Below are positions 35,245 to 48,200 of a DNA stretch of 64,000 bases, piece after piece. Position 1 is the first letter of the stretch. Every line of letters begins with the position of its first letter. The stretch spans positions 8,866,001 through 8,930,000 of the forward strand of contig OZ116702.1 of NCBI GenBank assembly GCA_964199315.1, given 5' to 3'. The notes under the pieces are model-generated. The model was given only the letters and a program-made list of their open reading frames with translations. It searched no databases and was not told where the DNA came from. The position numbers were made by a program, and so were the translations under genes. Source of the DNA: Orbicella franksi (taxonomy: Eukaryota).

Positions 35245-35855
35245 CTGTTTGAACATTTCAATAAAAGATATATGAGGAAGTCTTCTGTGGCACTGTGTCT
35301 TTTTGTAGCGTCCCCAGACGTAACTTGTGTAGTCATGTCAACTATAACAGTATGCTGTAGATATTGGCAGATTTTCTCCTTCCCTTATCTAACAACATCA
35401 GAGAAAACTTTAGGCTTTTTAAGCCTTAAAGATGTCTTTGTATCTATAGTTTCTCCAAAATAAAAACGGTTGGATGCACATTTATCTCGTTAAAGATCTG
35501 TTTGTCAGACATAAACGGAAACCATATTCTTCCGTTCGGGAAAATGCCAAGGGCACGCTCCTGTGCATGACTTCGAAAAGCCAGAACCCCAAAGGCTTTG
35601 ACCATTAAATTAGAAGAAACCCTAAGTATAATGCACTGTAAAAAATGACTGTGAAACTGAACTGAGCTGATATTGTGAGTTATCCGTTCATAAGGTTTTT
35701 GGATTTTAGCACAATAATCACTCGGCCTTGAACAATTCAGTGAGTTTTTTCTACGTGGTCTTAGCGGCACATTTTTAATTTTGCGAATTTGCAGCGTTAC
35801 TAAGTCATAATTTTTGTTCATTTTGATCAAAAATGAGACAAAACGATGTGTTTAC

Positions 35856-35966
35856 CTGAAATTGTGCGAGGTCCTCATCAAAAAGATGTTCCGTGTCATG
35901 ATTGTGTTTGTCGTGCAAGAATTTCACTCGACTGGCATTTGCATCCTCGGCATTTTGAATCAGTTC
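35856..35966 (-). CDS. SACS: Sacsin-like copy A, exon 2 (SRR1 N box); absent from the ORF track
   Basis: TCTAG|ELIQNAEDANASRVKFLHDKHNHDTEHLFDEDLAQFQ|GTAAAC. 111 nt, phase 0/0. Confidence 0.92.
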
Positions 35967-36314
35967 CTAGACACGAGAGACTCGAGTGATCAACAATTGC
36001 AAAAATAGAGATGCTACCACAGGAATATCTTTAACATCTAACGCAAAACTGTATAAATTTCTTATACACAGACTGTTACAAAAATAAACGAAGAGTTCTC
36101 GTACATGGCCTTGCTGGTTTTTATCATGAATGTGAAGTTGACGTTGTAATTCAGTATTTAATTGATCCATGGTAGTCCAATATGCTATGTGTTGTATTGT
36201 TTGGCAAAAGGACTATGTCGTGAAATTTGCAAACCTTACTGTAGCAGATAGAAGGAAGGAAATTTTGCTTCCCTGCAATCTCGGAGATTTTTGCACAAAA
36301 GTAATGTGTTTTAC

Positions 36315-36415
36315 CTTCAGTATCTGTCCATCATCAGGATACTGATCTAAGATGGACCTCAACTGTTGGATGAGTGATGGCTGAATCAAATCAAACCCAT
36401 CGTCATCTTTGTTCG
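36315..36415 (-). CDS. SACS: Sacsin-like copy A, most upstream coding exon resolved; start codon not located
   Basis: CTCAG|cg-NKDDDGFDLIQPSLIQQLRSILDQYPDDGQILK|GTAAAA. 101 nt; it requires a phase-1 upstream exon. Confidence 0.85.
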
Positions 36416-38643
36416 CTGAGCAACAAATTAAAAGAAACAGACATTACAGGTAAGTTTCAAAGAAACCACACACAAAGACTGGCCTAAGAAATATCCGAAG
36501 TAACATAATTTCCTTCCTGAATGATCGAGGCTTTTTAAAGTTGCTTGAGACAAGAATTCCACTTCAGTTGAAATCTAATTATCTGATAATTTTGGCATAT
36601 CCGGACTTCTATATGCACCACATGGACTATGGATAGACGAGAGACGTCTCTGTAACCTACGCGTAGGCATTAATTCCCGAAAGAATGCTTCCCTACGCGA
36701 GTTATTAAAAACGCCCCCAGAATATAGAAAACTAAAAATGAAACGCACCCGGATTTCTTACCGAAGTCATCGTTCAGTTATATGGCATAATTTATACCCA
36801 CCCATGAGCAAGATTTCAGATTTTCTTCAAATAGCTTCTTGCTGTTCCTTCACCTGATAATCATCTGAATAAGAGAACAATTAAGAAATAAAATCAGCGC
36901 GCTTTGGAACCATATTGAACATTCAAGCACTGTATAGTTTCAAGCGATGTAAATATTCCGCGACACATACAAGTGTTAATTTTTAATTGAGAAGAACGTG
37001 TAACCGGCTAGGCACCGCTGGATCTTCTTCATTGTTATAGGAAGGCGAAAATCCTGCTGTTAAATCATAAATACGGCATATTTTGCACTTTTGAAACACG
37101 TCTCGCGTCTCGTCTTTCAAATTTTACAACCCAGATTCTGTTTGAAACGTTGCAAATATCTATCAAACTACGTTTCTTTGGGAAATTAACAGGGTCACTG
37201 AAAACGAGCGCCGTTAATCCACGCGTGAAATTATCACAGGGCTTTTAAGCAGCGTGGCGCCGAAAAATAACCCAGATTAAACTCCTTCTGAAACGATGGG
37301 CGAAACTGCTGTCAAAATGAGTCTCAAGTAGCTATGTTCGGCGATTTTTTTAATCCACAACATTCAATGTAGAGCGTTTTCATAGGGCCCTGGGTGCTGT
37401 TCAGTAACACCAGGAAATGTTTACCAAAAAAAAAAAGAACTCATTTCCCAAAGGAGAGAGTCGATATGGCTGCCGTGCTATCGAAGAAGGCTCGACTCTT
37501 CAAATTTAATTCAACGGTGTTTTGAAATGACCATTAACATAAGTTTTGTAAAATGAGTTAACCACTGTCATTTTGATATCGTATGAAATATTTCCATCAT
37601 CGCACGGTTCACAGACAAATTATATTAATTACATACTGATGCGACTCAAGATAACAATGTCGCCCGAATGCGGGAAAACCATTCCGGTGTTCGGCTATAA
37701 ACCGGAGTATTGAAACCTTTTCCAACGCAGGAGTGTGTGCAAAAGCATGCAAAGCATAGTGTTATCACAACAGAATTACGTGTTACCTTGAAAGTCGAGA
37801 ATATAGCAACAAGAAAGAGTTTTTTCGCAGATCTTCCATGTCAGTCTGTACCAACGATTCAGCTGCGTTCTGAGAATCGAGTCAACTTTCCGAGAGACTC
37901 CTTCGTCACGCTCTGTTACGTCATTTGCCCATGGGAAATGTGCTTGGCAACGATATTCGATATGATTTAGCCCTGGCCTTTTAGCCCTTAATTAAGCTTA
38001 AAAATTTATTTGTTCAGCCAATAAATAGTAAAAGTGCTGTTTGAACCTTTTTTGATAGCATATATCTCACTTGTCGAGCATGACATGTCGTTGATCGCCG
38101 AAAGTCCTTTGAAGTTTGCCGGGCTTCATAAGTATTCCTTTCTAAACTATACATCATGCGAAATCTTAAAACGCGAAGATCTAACTCTTAACAAAAATAA
38201 CAATGTCGTACACGAATGTACGGTGCCTAGCATTTCTGGGGTTTACAAGTTTACTTTTCTGTCAAACTGCATGCAAAAGTTTCGCATGGGATATTGTAAT
38301 TATACAACACGCCTGTGTCTGCTCATCGTTTTTTTTTTTTGGAAGGTTTAAAAAATGTTTTTGTTACACTCTGTGACTCACTACGAAAGATCTCCTACCT
38401 TATTCCACTTTCAGATGCTCGTAACTATAGCTCCTGCTTTTTTACAACTAGGAAAACGGCCCCTTCTACCTGCACGGGCCGTGTTTATATGGCTACGAAA
38501 ATATCATCGAAGATTCTTGAAGTGTTTTATTATCTCTTTCCTAGAAAGCAAATTCATTTGCATGACAACAGCAATTTGAATATGAAATGTGACAGTCGTA
38601 TGAAATAACAAACCCTTAAACATCAGGCCCTTGCAGACACTGA

Positions 38644-41600
38644 AATTAATTTTACGATTAGTTATAACTATACTGACAAAATTCTCGAACCTGATTGGTT
38701 ACCAGAACTCCCTATTTTTAACCAAATTCAGGAGCTTAATTGACCAGATAAGGAGTTCAATAACAAAGTATCCAGTAACAAGCGCTGTTTATTTAGTTCC
38801 TCTCAGTGACTCAGTATTCCTATTTATTGAAAAAAAAACCGTTCAGATAAATCGTAAACAGTCTAAACAGGCTTCGCTTTGTCGGAATCTTTCTCTTCAT
38901 TTTGTTTGAAGTTATGATCGATGAATTGTTAACAGGAATTCGTGTCATCCAATTCTGTCTGTAATCCTACTTGTGTTTATTAAAGCAAATCAGACTGTCT
39001 CCCGCTTTTTGTTAATCATTCGTATGATTATAGTTTACAGTCCGAATTGGACTTCACTCCGGTTCATATCACCATAACAAACTGTTTCCACTTCTCAATA
39101 AAGAGATTTCAGTTTCTGAACTTCATTGTTTGAGATACAAGGCATCTATCATTCTGACCAACATCCAACTGAGTAATATTTATCTCTTCCATTATGCGCT
39201 CGAGATTCAGTCTACGAAGTAATAGTTCAGTAATGAGATGGTTTTAGTAGAATTAACAAAGTGTCTTTCAAGTAATCATTTTTAATTCCTCCTGAACATT
39301 TCGGTCTTGTTAAACATCACTCTTTAGCAGAAACGCTTGCTCATAGCTAGTGGCTTGAATTGAGAATCTTTTCTAATGTTGATCCGATCCAAGATTCTAC
39401 AGCTGCTATAAACGCACAAAGACAAAAATCACCTTCAAAAATACAACTGCAGTAAACAATACTTACTTTTGCCATTGAGAATTTACTGAGTAAACAGTAT
39501 TTCGCAGTTTCTCGATCACCGCCGCGTTCGAAGACTTAACACGTTTTTCACAATCAGAATGAAGGTTTAAAGCTGAAGACATCTTTTCTCCACTACTCCG
39601 GCCGTATTTCATTTGAATTGCTTCTTAACGAAGGGTATATTAAGACAGAATGTGAAGCTTGCGAAAAATGTCAGTAAGGGAAGCTTTTTCTAGTAGCTAT
39701 ATCCTGTATTTTGGATTAAGTTTATTCCTAAAGGCTGACTTAATTCCTTCGTTGAATTAGATATTTTGAAATGTTCATATAGCCACGAATTACATTTCAA
39801 TGTAGAAGACTTCCGATCACCTGGCGAAGAATGACTACTTCAAGACATTTCTACCCTTTACATACAAAACATATTTGTAAGATGGCCCGCATTTGGAACA
39901 TGGCAAATAGCGGTAAAGTATAAAACTTTTTGAATTCCTTTGTTTCACCATTCACCTGTTTGCATTGTAATTTTAAGACTCGGTTAATACGTCGAGGCTT
40001 ATAAATTGGAATGTAAAACTGTTCGCTAATTTCTCGCAGTGAAAATTGTATTCACCTCGTCCTAAACAGAATTCACTGTACTCTTTTATTCAATGGCACA
40101 GCTGTAGTAGTTCAATACTTGGTGTTTCTTGACCATTAAAACAGACCACGAATTCTAACTTTTCAAAGAGAAATCATCTTAACAAATGATTACCTGGCAA
40201 AAAATATGACCGCGGTATTTCAAATTATTACATGTCATTTCTTTAGTTCTATAGTGTTTTTCAAAAGAAGAAAATACTATGCTTCTGGCAAAATGGTAAT
40301 TTTCTTTAACTTTCGAGGTCAGAGAAACAGCAAGACCCTTAGACCTGTCTCAGCAGCAAAACACTGATTTATAATTTCTCTTTTGGCTGTTTGTGCTTGC
40401 CTTGCCTGGAAAGTTCGAAGGGTACATAAAATTCTAGCTGGGAATAAAAATTAGGCTCGGCGTGATCACTCAAGAGCGTTTCAGAAAACATTTTAGCGAT
40501 CATTCACCGCCACTAAAAGCTGTGCTTTTTAGTCGATCTTTAGCAATGACTCCCTCCCTTTGAAACTTTCACCAACTCTTTGAACTAAGAGCTTGCTGAA
40601 ACTGACTGCGATCGGCCGATCGAGCAACTTGTTTAAATGCACTTCTTCGGTTAAAAAGTTATAGTTTCTTAGGCTCAGTTACTGAATGGCTGGTATACAG
40701 AAATATTTCCTGTCATCAATTGACTCTGCCACGTTCGTCCATGGCAAATTAGGAGAAGATAACTCCGTCCATTTTGCAGAACATTTCGTTGTTACAGTCT
40801 ATCAATCGTTTCGATCACTGTCGAACATGCATAAATTTATCACGAGCACCATAACAGTTCTTGTAAAACTGTTATTCGGTAAGAAGAAGCTGAGGAGGGT
40901 GAACGGATGACTTGATGAATGACTTTGTGAATGGCTTCATAAATTGACCTAAGTAAAGCATTATTATAAAGGCTTGTTTATCTACAGTTTTAATATATCG
41001 TGTACCTACTCGGTCGTGCCAAACCCTAATCATTATGAGACGTACCTGCATGATACTAAGTGACTCTGAAACTAGTGTCATCGTTCGGCGATATCATGTT
41101 TAAATTTCATTCCGAATACTGTTACTTTTAGACGCTTTATCACGGTGCCAACGAAACTTCCTGTTTAAAATAATATTACGACTCATTTCAAATAATTTAG
41201 CTAACAAAGCGTTTAATAACGATTAGATGATCGAATAAAACTAATTAGTGACCGTCGCATTACCCGGCTTGGTAATAGGAGGGTTGTGATATTATAGTTC
41301 GCACTTTGTGATCGAATTTAATTTGTTCTCGCGTTCAGACTAAATCGTTACCCCGACAACTGAGCGAATGCCGATATTAAAAAAGCTACTTTGCTTTTTC
41401 CCTTGCCCAAACAATCATACAAACCGATAGAACATAACAATATAACATTCTGAAGATTTTCTTATCTTGCACTTAGTTTCAAACCGCTTCTGAGTAAGTG
41501 TTCTCTTTTCACCAAACAGTGCGAAGTGACAGCACAAATAGGAATCAACAGATCCCTTTCCAAGAATTGCCAATGATTCTAGGAATTGCTTTTGTAGCCT

Positions 41601-41868
41601 CCACAAATATCTTTCCGAGAAACCAAGATTCTTATTACATGATAACGCCGCGTGACGTAAGTATTTGTTTTTGTCTTTTTTACCATATCCCGTATGTACT
41701 ATGGCGAGTAGAGTCGCTTATCATCCGGGATAAAGTGGCGCGTCGTTTAAAACAGAGTGGCTGCGGCCTCACGAATTGAAAATGATTTTGCTTGTGTATT
41801 TGGTTTGGCGGAGGCAGAGGGGTAAGATAGGTTTGTACAGCGGATTTGGGCAAAAAGGTTTTCATGAC
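38644..41868. repeat. Tandem array unit 1 (3,225 bp)
   Basis: Starts AATTAATTTTAC..TACTGACAAAATTCTCGAA and ends ..TTCATGAC. Collinear with units 2 and 3. Confidence 0.95.
38659..39078. mobile_element. Non-autonomous element of about 420 bp at the start of each array unit (also about 41883-42292 and 45300-45682)
   Basis: Has an AATCTGATTGGTTA end, internal palindromic blocks CCAATTCTGTCTGTAATC..GATTA..CAGTCCGAATTGG, and a CGAATTGGACTTCACTC end. It resembles a repeat common in coral genomes (from recall). Class not determined. Confidence 0.55.
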
Positions 41869-44128
41869 AATTAATTTTACTATTAGTCATAACCATACTG
41901 ACAAAATTCTCGAATCTGATTGGTTACCAGAACGCTCTATTTTCAACCAAATTCAGGAGCTTGACCAGATAAGGAGTCCAATAACAAAGTATCCAATAAC
42001 AAGCGCTGTTTATTTAGTTCCTTCCGGTGACGCAGTACTCCTATTTATTGAAAAAAAAAAAAACGTTCAGATAAATCGTAAACAGTCTAAACAGTCTTCG
42101 CTTTGTCGGAATGTTTCCCTTGATTTTGTTTGAAGTTGTGATTGATGAATTGCTAACAGGAATTCTTGTCATCCAATTCTGTCTGTAATCCTACTTGTGA
42201 TTAAACAGATCAGACTTCCGCTTTTTGTTAATCATTCGTATGATTATAGTTTACAGTCCGAATTGGACTTCACTCCGATTCATATCACGATAACGAACTG
42301 TTTCCACTTCTCAATAAAGAGATTTCTGAACTTCATTGTTTGAGTTACAAGAAATCTATCATTCTGACCAACATCCAACTGAGTAATATTTATCTCTTCC
42401 ATTATGCGCTCGAGATTTCTACGAAGTAATAGTTCAGTGATGAGATGGTTTTAGAAGAATTTAATAAAGTGTCTTTCAAGTAATCAATTTTAATTCTTCC
42501 TCTACATTTCGGTCTTGTTAAATATCACTCTTTAGCAGAAACGCTTGCCCATAGCTAGTGGCTTGAATTGAGAATCTTTTCTAATGTTGATCCGATCCAA
42601 GATTCTACTGCTGCTATAAACTGACAAAGGCAAAAATCACCTTCAAAAATACAACTGCAGTAAACAATACTTACTTTTGCCATTGAGAATTTACTGAGTA
42701 AACAGTATTTCGCAGTTTCGCGATCACCGCGGTGTTCGAAGACTTAACATGCTTATACATAATCAGAATGAAGGTTCAACGCTGAAGACATCTTTTCTCC
42801 ACTACTCCGGCCGTATTTCATTTGAATTGCTTCTTAACGAAGGGTATATTAAGACAGCATGTGAAGCTTACAAAAAAAGTCTGTAAGGGGAAGCTTTTTC
42901 TTGTAGCTACATCCTGTATTTTGTACTAAGTTTATTCCTAAAGGCTGACTTTATTCCTTCGTTAAATTATATATTTCGACATGTTCATACAATTACGAAT
43001 TACGTTTCAATGTAGAAGACTTCAGCGCATCTGGCGAAGAAGGACTAGCTCAAGACATTTCTACCTTTTACATGTAAAACATAATTGTATGATGGCCCGC
43101 ATTTAGAACATTGCAAATGGCAGTAAAGTATAAAACTTTCTGAATTCCTTTGTTTTACCATTCACCTGATTGTATTGTACTTTTGAGACTCCAGTGAAGT
43201 CGAATATAGCTAGTTCGGCGTTTCCAACACGCTCGGTTAATAGTTTGAGGCTTATAAATTCCAACGTAAAACTGTTGGCTAATTTCTCGGAGTGAAAATT
43301 GTGTTCACCTCGTCCTAAACAGAATTCACTGCACCCTTTTATTCAATGGCACAGCTGTAGTAGTTCAATACTTGGCGTTTCTTAACCATTAAAACGGACC
43401 ACAAATTCTAACTTTTCAAAGAGAAATCATATTAACGAATGATGGAATACCTGGCAAAAAATATGACCTCGGTGTCTAGTAATGGATTTCAATATTACTT
43501 GGCATTTCTTTAGTTCTATAGTTGTTTGAAAGGAAGAAAATACTTGGCTATTGGCAAATGGTAATTTTCTTTAACTTTCGCGGTCACAGAAACAGCGAGA
43601 CCCTCAGACTTGTCTCAGCAGCAAAACACTGGTTTATAATTTCTCTTTCGGCTGTTCGTGCTTGCCTTGTCTGGAAAGTTCGAAGGGTACATAAAATTCA
43701 AGCCGGGAATAAAAATGAGGCTCCGCGTGGTCATTTAAGAGCGTTTCAGAAAACATTTTAGCGATCATTCACCACTACTTAAACTGAGCTGTGTTTTTTA
43801 ATCGATCTTTAGCAACGGTTCCCTCCATTTTGAAACTTTCACCGGCTCTTTAAACCAAGAGGTTGCTGAAACTGACTGCGATCGGCCGATCGAGCAACTT
43901 GTTCAAAGCATTTCTTCGGTTAAAAAATTATAGTTTCTTAGGCTCAGTTACTTAATGGCTGGTATATAGAAATATTTCCTGTCATCAACTGACTCTGCCA
44001 CGTTCGTCCATGGCAAATTAGGAGAAGATAACTCCGTCCATTTTGCAGAACGTGTCGCTGTCGCAGTTTGTCAATCGTTTCAATTACTGTCGAACATACA
44101 TAAAATTATCACGAACACCGTGACTATT

Positions 44129-44177
44129 GATGTGAAGTAAATTTGAAATAATTCATACTTGAACTGCGGTAGTAGAT

Positions 44178-44208
<31 letters not shown>

Positions 44209-44252
44209 TAGCAATTGGAAAATTTACTGCGATGATCATTCTTCACCGCTTT
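44129..44252. mobile_element. 124-bp insertion with a 13-bp TSD and a 28-bp perfect hairpin
   Basis: CACCGTGACTATT at 44116-44128 and 44253-44265. Arms at 44182-44209 and 44219-44246. Units 1 and 3 have the empty site. Confidence 0.88.
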
Positions 44253-45066
44253 CACCGTGACTATTCTTGTAAAACTGTTATTCGGTAAGAAGAAAATGAG
44301 AAGGGTGAGCGAATGACTTGATGAATGATCAATGGCTTCATAAACTGACCTAAGTAAGGCGTTATTTTAAAGGCTTGTTTATCTACAGTTTTAATATATC
44401 GTGTACCTACTCGGTCGTACCAAACCCTAATCACTATAAGACGTATCTGCATGATACTAAATGACTCTGAAACTGTCCTATTGCCAAGCCGGATAATCTG
44501 ACGGTCACTAGTTAGTGTCATTCGATCATCTAATTCTTAAACGCTTTCTAAGCTAAATTATTTGAAATGAGTTGTAATATTACTTTGAACGGGAATTTTC
44601 CTTGGCACCCTGATAAAGCGTCTAAAATTAACAGTATTCCGAAAGAAATTTAAATATCGCCGAAGGATGACACTAGTAATTAAATATTACATACTGGTTG
44701 TGATATTATAGTGCGCACGTTGTGATGGAATTTAATTTGTTCTCGCGTTCAGAGTAAATCGTTACACCGACAACTGAGCGAATGCCGATATTAAAAAAGC
44801 CACTTTGATTTTTCCCTTGCTGAAACAATCATACAAACCGATAGAGCATAACAATACAACATTCTGAAAGATTTTCTTACCATGTTCTTAGTTTCACACC
44901 ACTTCTGAGTGAGTATTCTCTTTTTACCAAACAGTGCGAAGTGACAGCACAAATAGGAATCAGCAGATCCCTTTCCAAGAATTGCCAATGATTCTAGGAA
45001 TTGCTTTTGTAGTTTCCAAAAATATCTTTCCGAGAAACCAAGATTCTTATCACATGATAACATGCG

Positions 45067-45119
45067 TGACGTAGTTGTTTGTTTTTGGTTTTTTACCATA
45101 TCCCGTATGTAAGATGGCG
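45067..45119. promoter_or_regulatory. Promoter-like motif pair (TGACGT CRE-like and AAGATGGCG YY1-like) in a locally CpG-rich segment, repeated in each unit
   Basis: TGACGT at 45067 and AAGATGGCG at 45111; the same pair at 48209 and 48259; degenerate at 41653 and about 41698. Motif match only. Confidence 0.35.
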
Positions 45120-45281
45120 AGTAGAGCCGCTTGTCATCCGGGATAAAGTGGCGCGTCGTTTTAAAAAAAGTGGCTGCGGTCTCATGAATTAAAAATGATT
45201 TTGCTTGTGTATTTGATTTGGCGGAGGCGGAGGGGTAAGATAGGTTTGAGCAGCGGATTTGGGCAAAAACGTTTTCATGAT

Positions 45282-48200
45282 AATTAATTTTACTATTATT
45301 TAATCATAACTATACTGACAAAATTCTCGAATCTGATTGGTTACCAGAATGTTCTATTTTCAACCACATTCAGGAGCTTGCACCCAGATAAGGAGTCCAA
45401 TAACAAGCGCTGTTTATTTAGTTCCTCGCGGTGATTCAGTACTCCTCTATATTGAAAAAACCGTTCAGATAAATCGTAAACAGTCTTAACAGCCTTCGCT
45501 TTGTCGGAATATTGTGGAAGTTGTGATTGATGAATTGTTGACAGGAATTCGTGTCGTTCATTGAATTCTGTCTGTAATCCTACTTGTGATTAACCAAATC
45601 GGACTCCCGCTTTTTTTAATCAATCGTATGATTATAGTTTACAGTCCGAATTGGACTTCACTCGGATTCATATCACGATAACGAACTGTTTCCACTTCTC
45701 AATAAAGAGATTTCTGAACTTCATTGTTTGAGTTACAAGACATCTATCATTCTGACCAACATCCAACTGAGTAATATTTATCTCTTTCGGTATTCGCTCT
45801 AGATTTCTACGAAGTAATAGTTCAGTAATGAGATGGGTTAACTTTAGTAGAAGTTAAGTGTCTTTCAAGTAATCATTTTTAATTCCTCCTCTACATTTCG
45901 GAATTGTTAAACATCACTCTTTAGCACAGACGCTTGCTCATAGCAAGTGGTTTGAACTGAGAATATTTCCTAATTTTGATCTGATCCAAGATTCTACTGC
46001 TGTTATAAACTCACAAGGGCAAACATCACCTTCAAAAATGCAACTGCAGTAGGCAATACTAATTTTTGCCATTGAGCATTTACTGAGTATAAACAGTATT
46101 TCGCAGTTTCTCGATCACCGTCGTGTTCGAAGACTTAACATGCTTATACATAATCAGGAATGAAGGTTCAGGGCTGAAGACATCTTTTCTCCACAGCGCC
46201 GGTCGTATTTCATTTGGATTGCTTCTTAACGAAGGGTATAATAAGACAGAATATGAAACTTGCAAAAAAAGTCAGTAAGGGAAGCTTTTTCTAGTAGCTA
46301 TATCCTGTATTTTGTACTAAGTTTATTCCTAAAGGCTGACTTTATTCCTTCGTTAAATTAGATATTTCGATATGTTCATATAGTCACGAATTACATTTCA
46401 ATGTAGAATACTTCAGGTCACCTGGCGAAGAAGGACTACTTCAAGACATTTCTACCTTTCACATGCAAAGCATATTTGCAAGATGGCCCGCATTTAGAAC
46501 ATGGCAAATAACAGTAAAGTATAGAACTTTTTTAATTCCTTTGTTTCACCATTTACCTGACTCGGTTAATACGTCGAGGCTTATAAATTGTAATGTAAAA
46601 CTGTTCGCTAATTTCTCGCAGTGAAAATTGTATTCACCTCGTCCTAAACAGAATTCACTGCACTTTTTTATTCAGTGGCACAGCTGTAGTAGTTCAATAC
46701 TTGGTGTTTCTTGACCATTAAAACAGACCACGAATTCTAACTTTTCAAAGAGAAATCATCTTAACAAATGATTACCTGGCAAAAAATATGACCGCGGTAT
46801 TTCAAATTATTACATGGCATTTCTTTAGTTCTATAGTTTTTTCAAAAGAAGAAAATACTAGGCTACTGGCAAAATGGAAGTTTTCTTTCACTTTGGAGAG
46901 AGAAACAGCGAGACCCTTAGACCTGTCTCAGCAGCAAAACACTGATTTATAATTTCTCTTTCGGCTGCCGGTTTGCGCTTGCCTTCGAAGTTCGAAGAGC
47001 ACATAAAATTCTAGCCGGGAATAAAAATCAGGCTCAGCGTGATCATTCAAGAACGTTTCAGAAAACATTTTAGCGATCATTCACCGCCACTAAAAGCTGT
47101 GCTTTTTAGTCGATCTTTAGCAATGGCTCCCTCCCTTTGAAACTTTCACCAACTCTTTGAACTAAGAGCTTTCTGAAACTGACTGCGATCGGCCGATCGA
47201 GCTACTTGTTCAAATGCACCTTTTCGGTTAAAAGATTATAGTTTCTTAGGCTCAGTTACTGAATGGCTGGTATACAGAAATATTTCCTGTCATCAATTCC
47301 ACGTTCGTCCATGACAAATTAGGAGAAGATAACTCCGTCCATTTTGCAGAACTTGTCGTTGTTACAGTCTATCAATCGTTTCGATCACTGTCGAACATAC
47401 ATAAATTTATCACGAACACCATGACTGTTCTTGTAAAACTGTTATTCGGTAAGAAAAAGCTGAGAGGGTGAACGGATGACTTGATGAATGACTTTGTGAA
47501 TGGCTTCATGAATTGACCTATGCAAGGCATTATTTTAAAGGCTTGTTTATCTACAGTTTTAACATATCGTGTACCTACTCGGTCGTACCAAACCCTAATC
47601 ATTATAGGACGTATCTACGTGATACTAAATTGATGACTAGTGTCATCCTTCGGCGATAATTAAATTTTACTCCGAATACTGTTAATTTTAGACGCTTTAT
47701 CAGGGTGCCAACGAAAATTCCTGTTCAAAATAATATTACAACTCATTTCAAATAATTTAGCTTAGAAAGCGTTTAAGAATTAGATGATCGAATGACACTA
47801 ACTAGTGACCGTCAGATTATCCGGCTTGGCAATACGAGCATTGTGATGGAATCGTGATGGAATCGTGATGGAATTTAATTTGTTCTCGCGTTCAGACTAA
47901 ATCGTTACCCCGACAACTGAGCGAATGCCGATATTAAAAAAGCTACTTTGCTTTTTCCCTTCCTCAAACAATCATACAAACCGATAGAACATAACAATGT
48001 AACATTCAGAAAGATTTTCTTACCTTGTACTTAGTTTCACACCGCTTCTGAGTGAGTATTCTCTTTTTACCAAACTGCGGAGTGACAGCACAAATAGGAA
48101 TCAACAGATCCCTTTCCAAGAATCGTCAATGATTCTAGGAAACGCTTTTGTAGTTTCCAAAAATATTTTTCCGAGAAAACAAGATTATTATCACATGATA

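Larger units (their letters stand above)
41869..45281. repeat. Tandem array unit 2 (3,413 bp), with a private insertion and inversion
   Basis: Collinear with unit 1, apart from the insertion at 44129-44252 and the inverted segment at 44475-44677. Confidence 0.95.

Noticed and set aside
36762-36770. ATG ACT TCG|GTAAGA as the first coding exon of sacsin A
   Set aside because: It ends in phase 0, but the exon at 36415 needs phase 1, so splicing would hit a stop. It could still be a 5' UTR exon.
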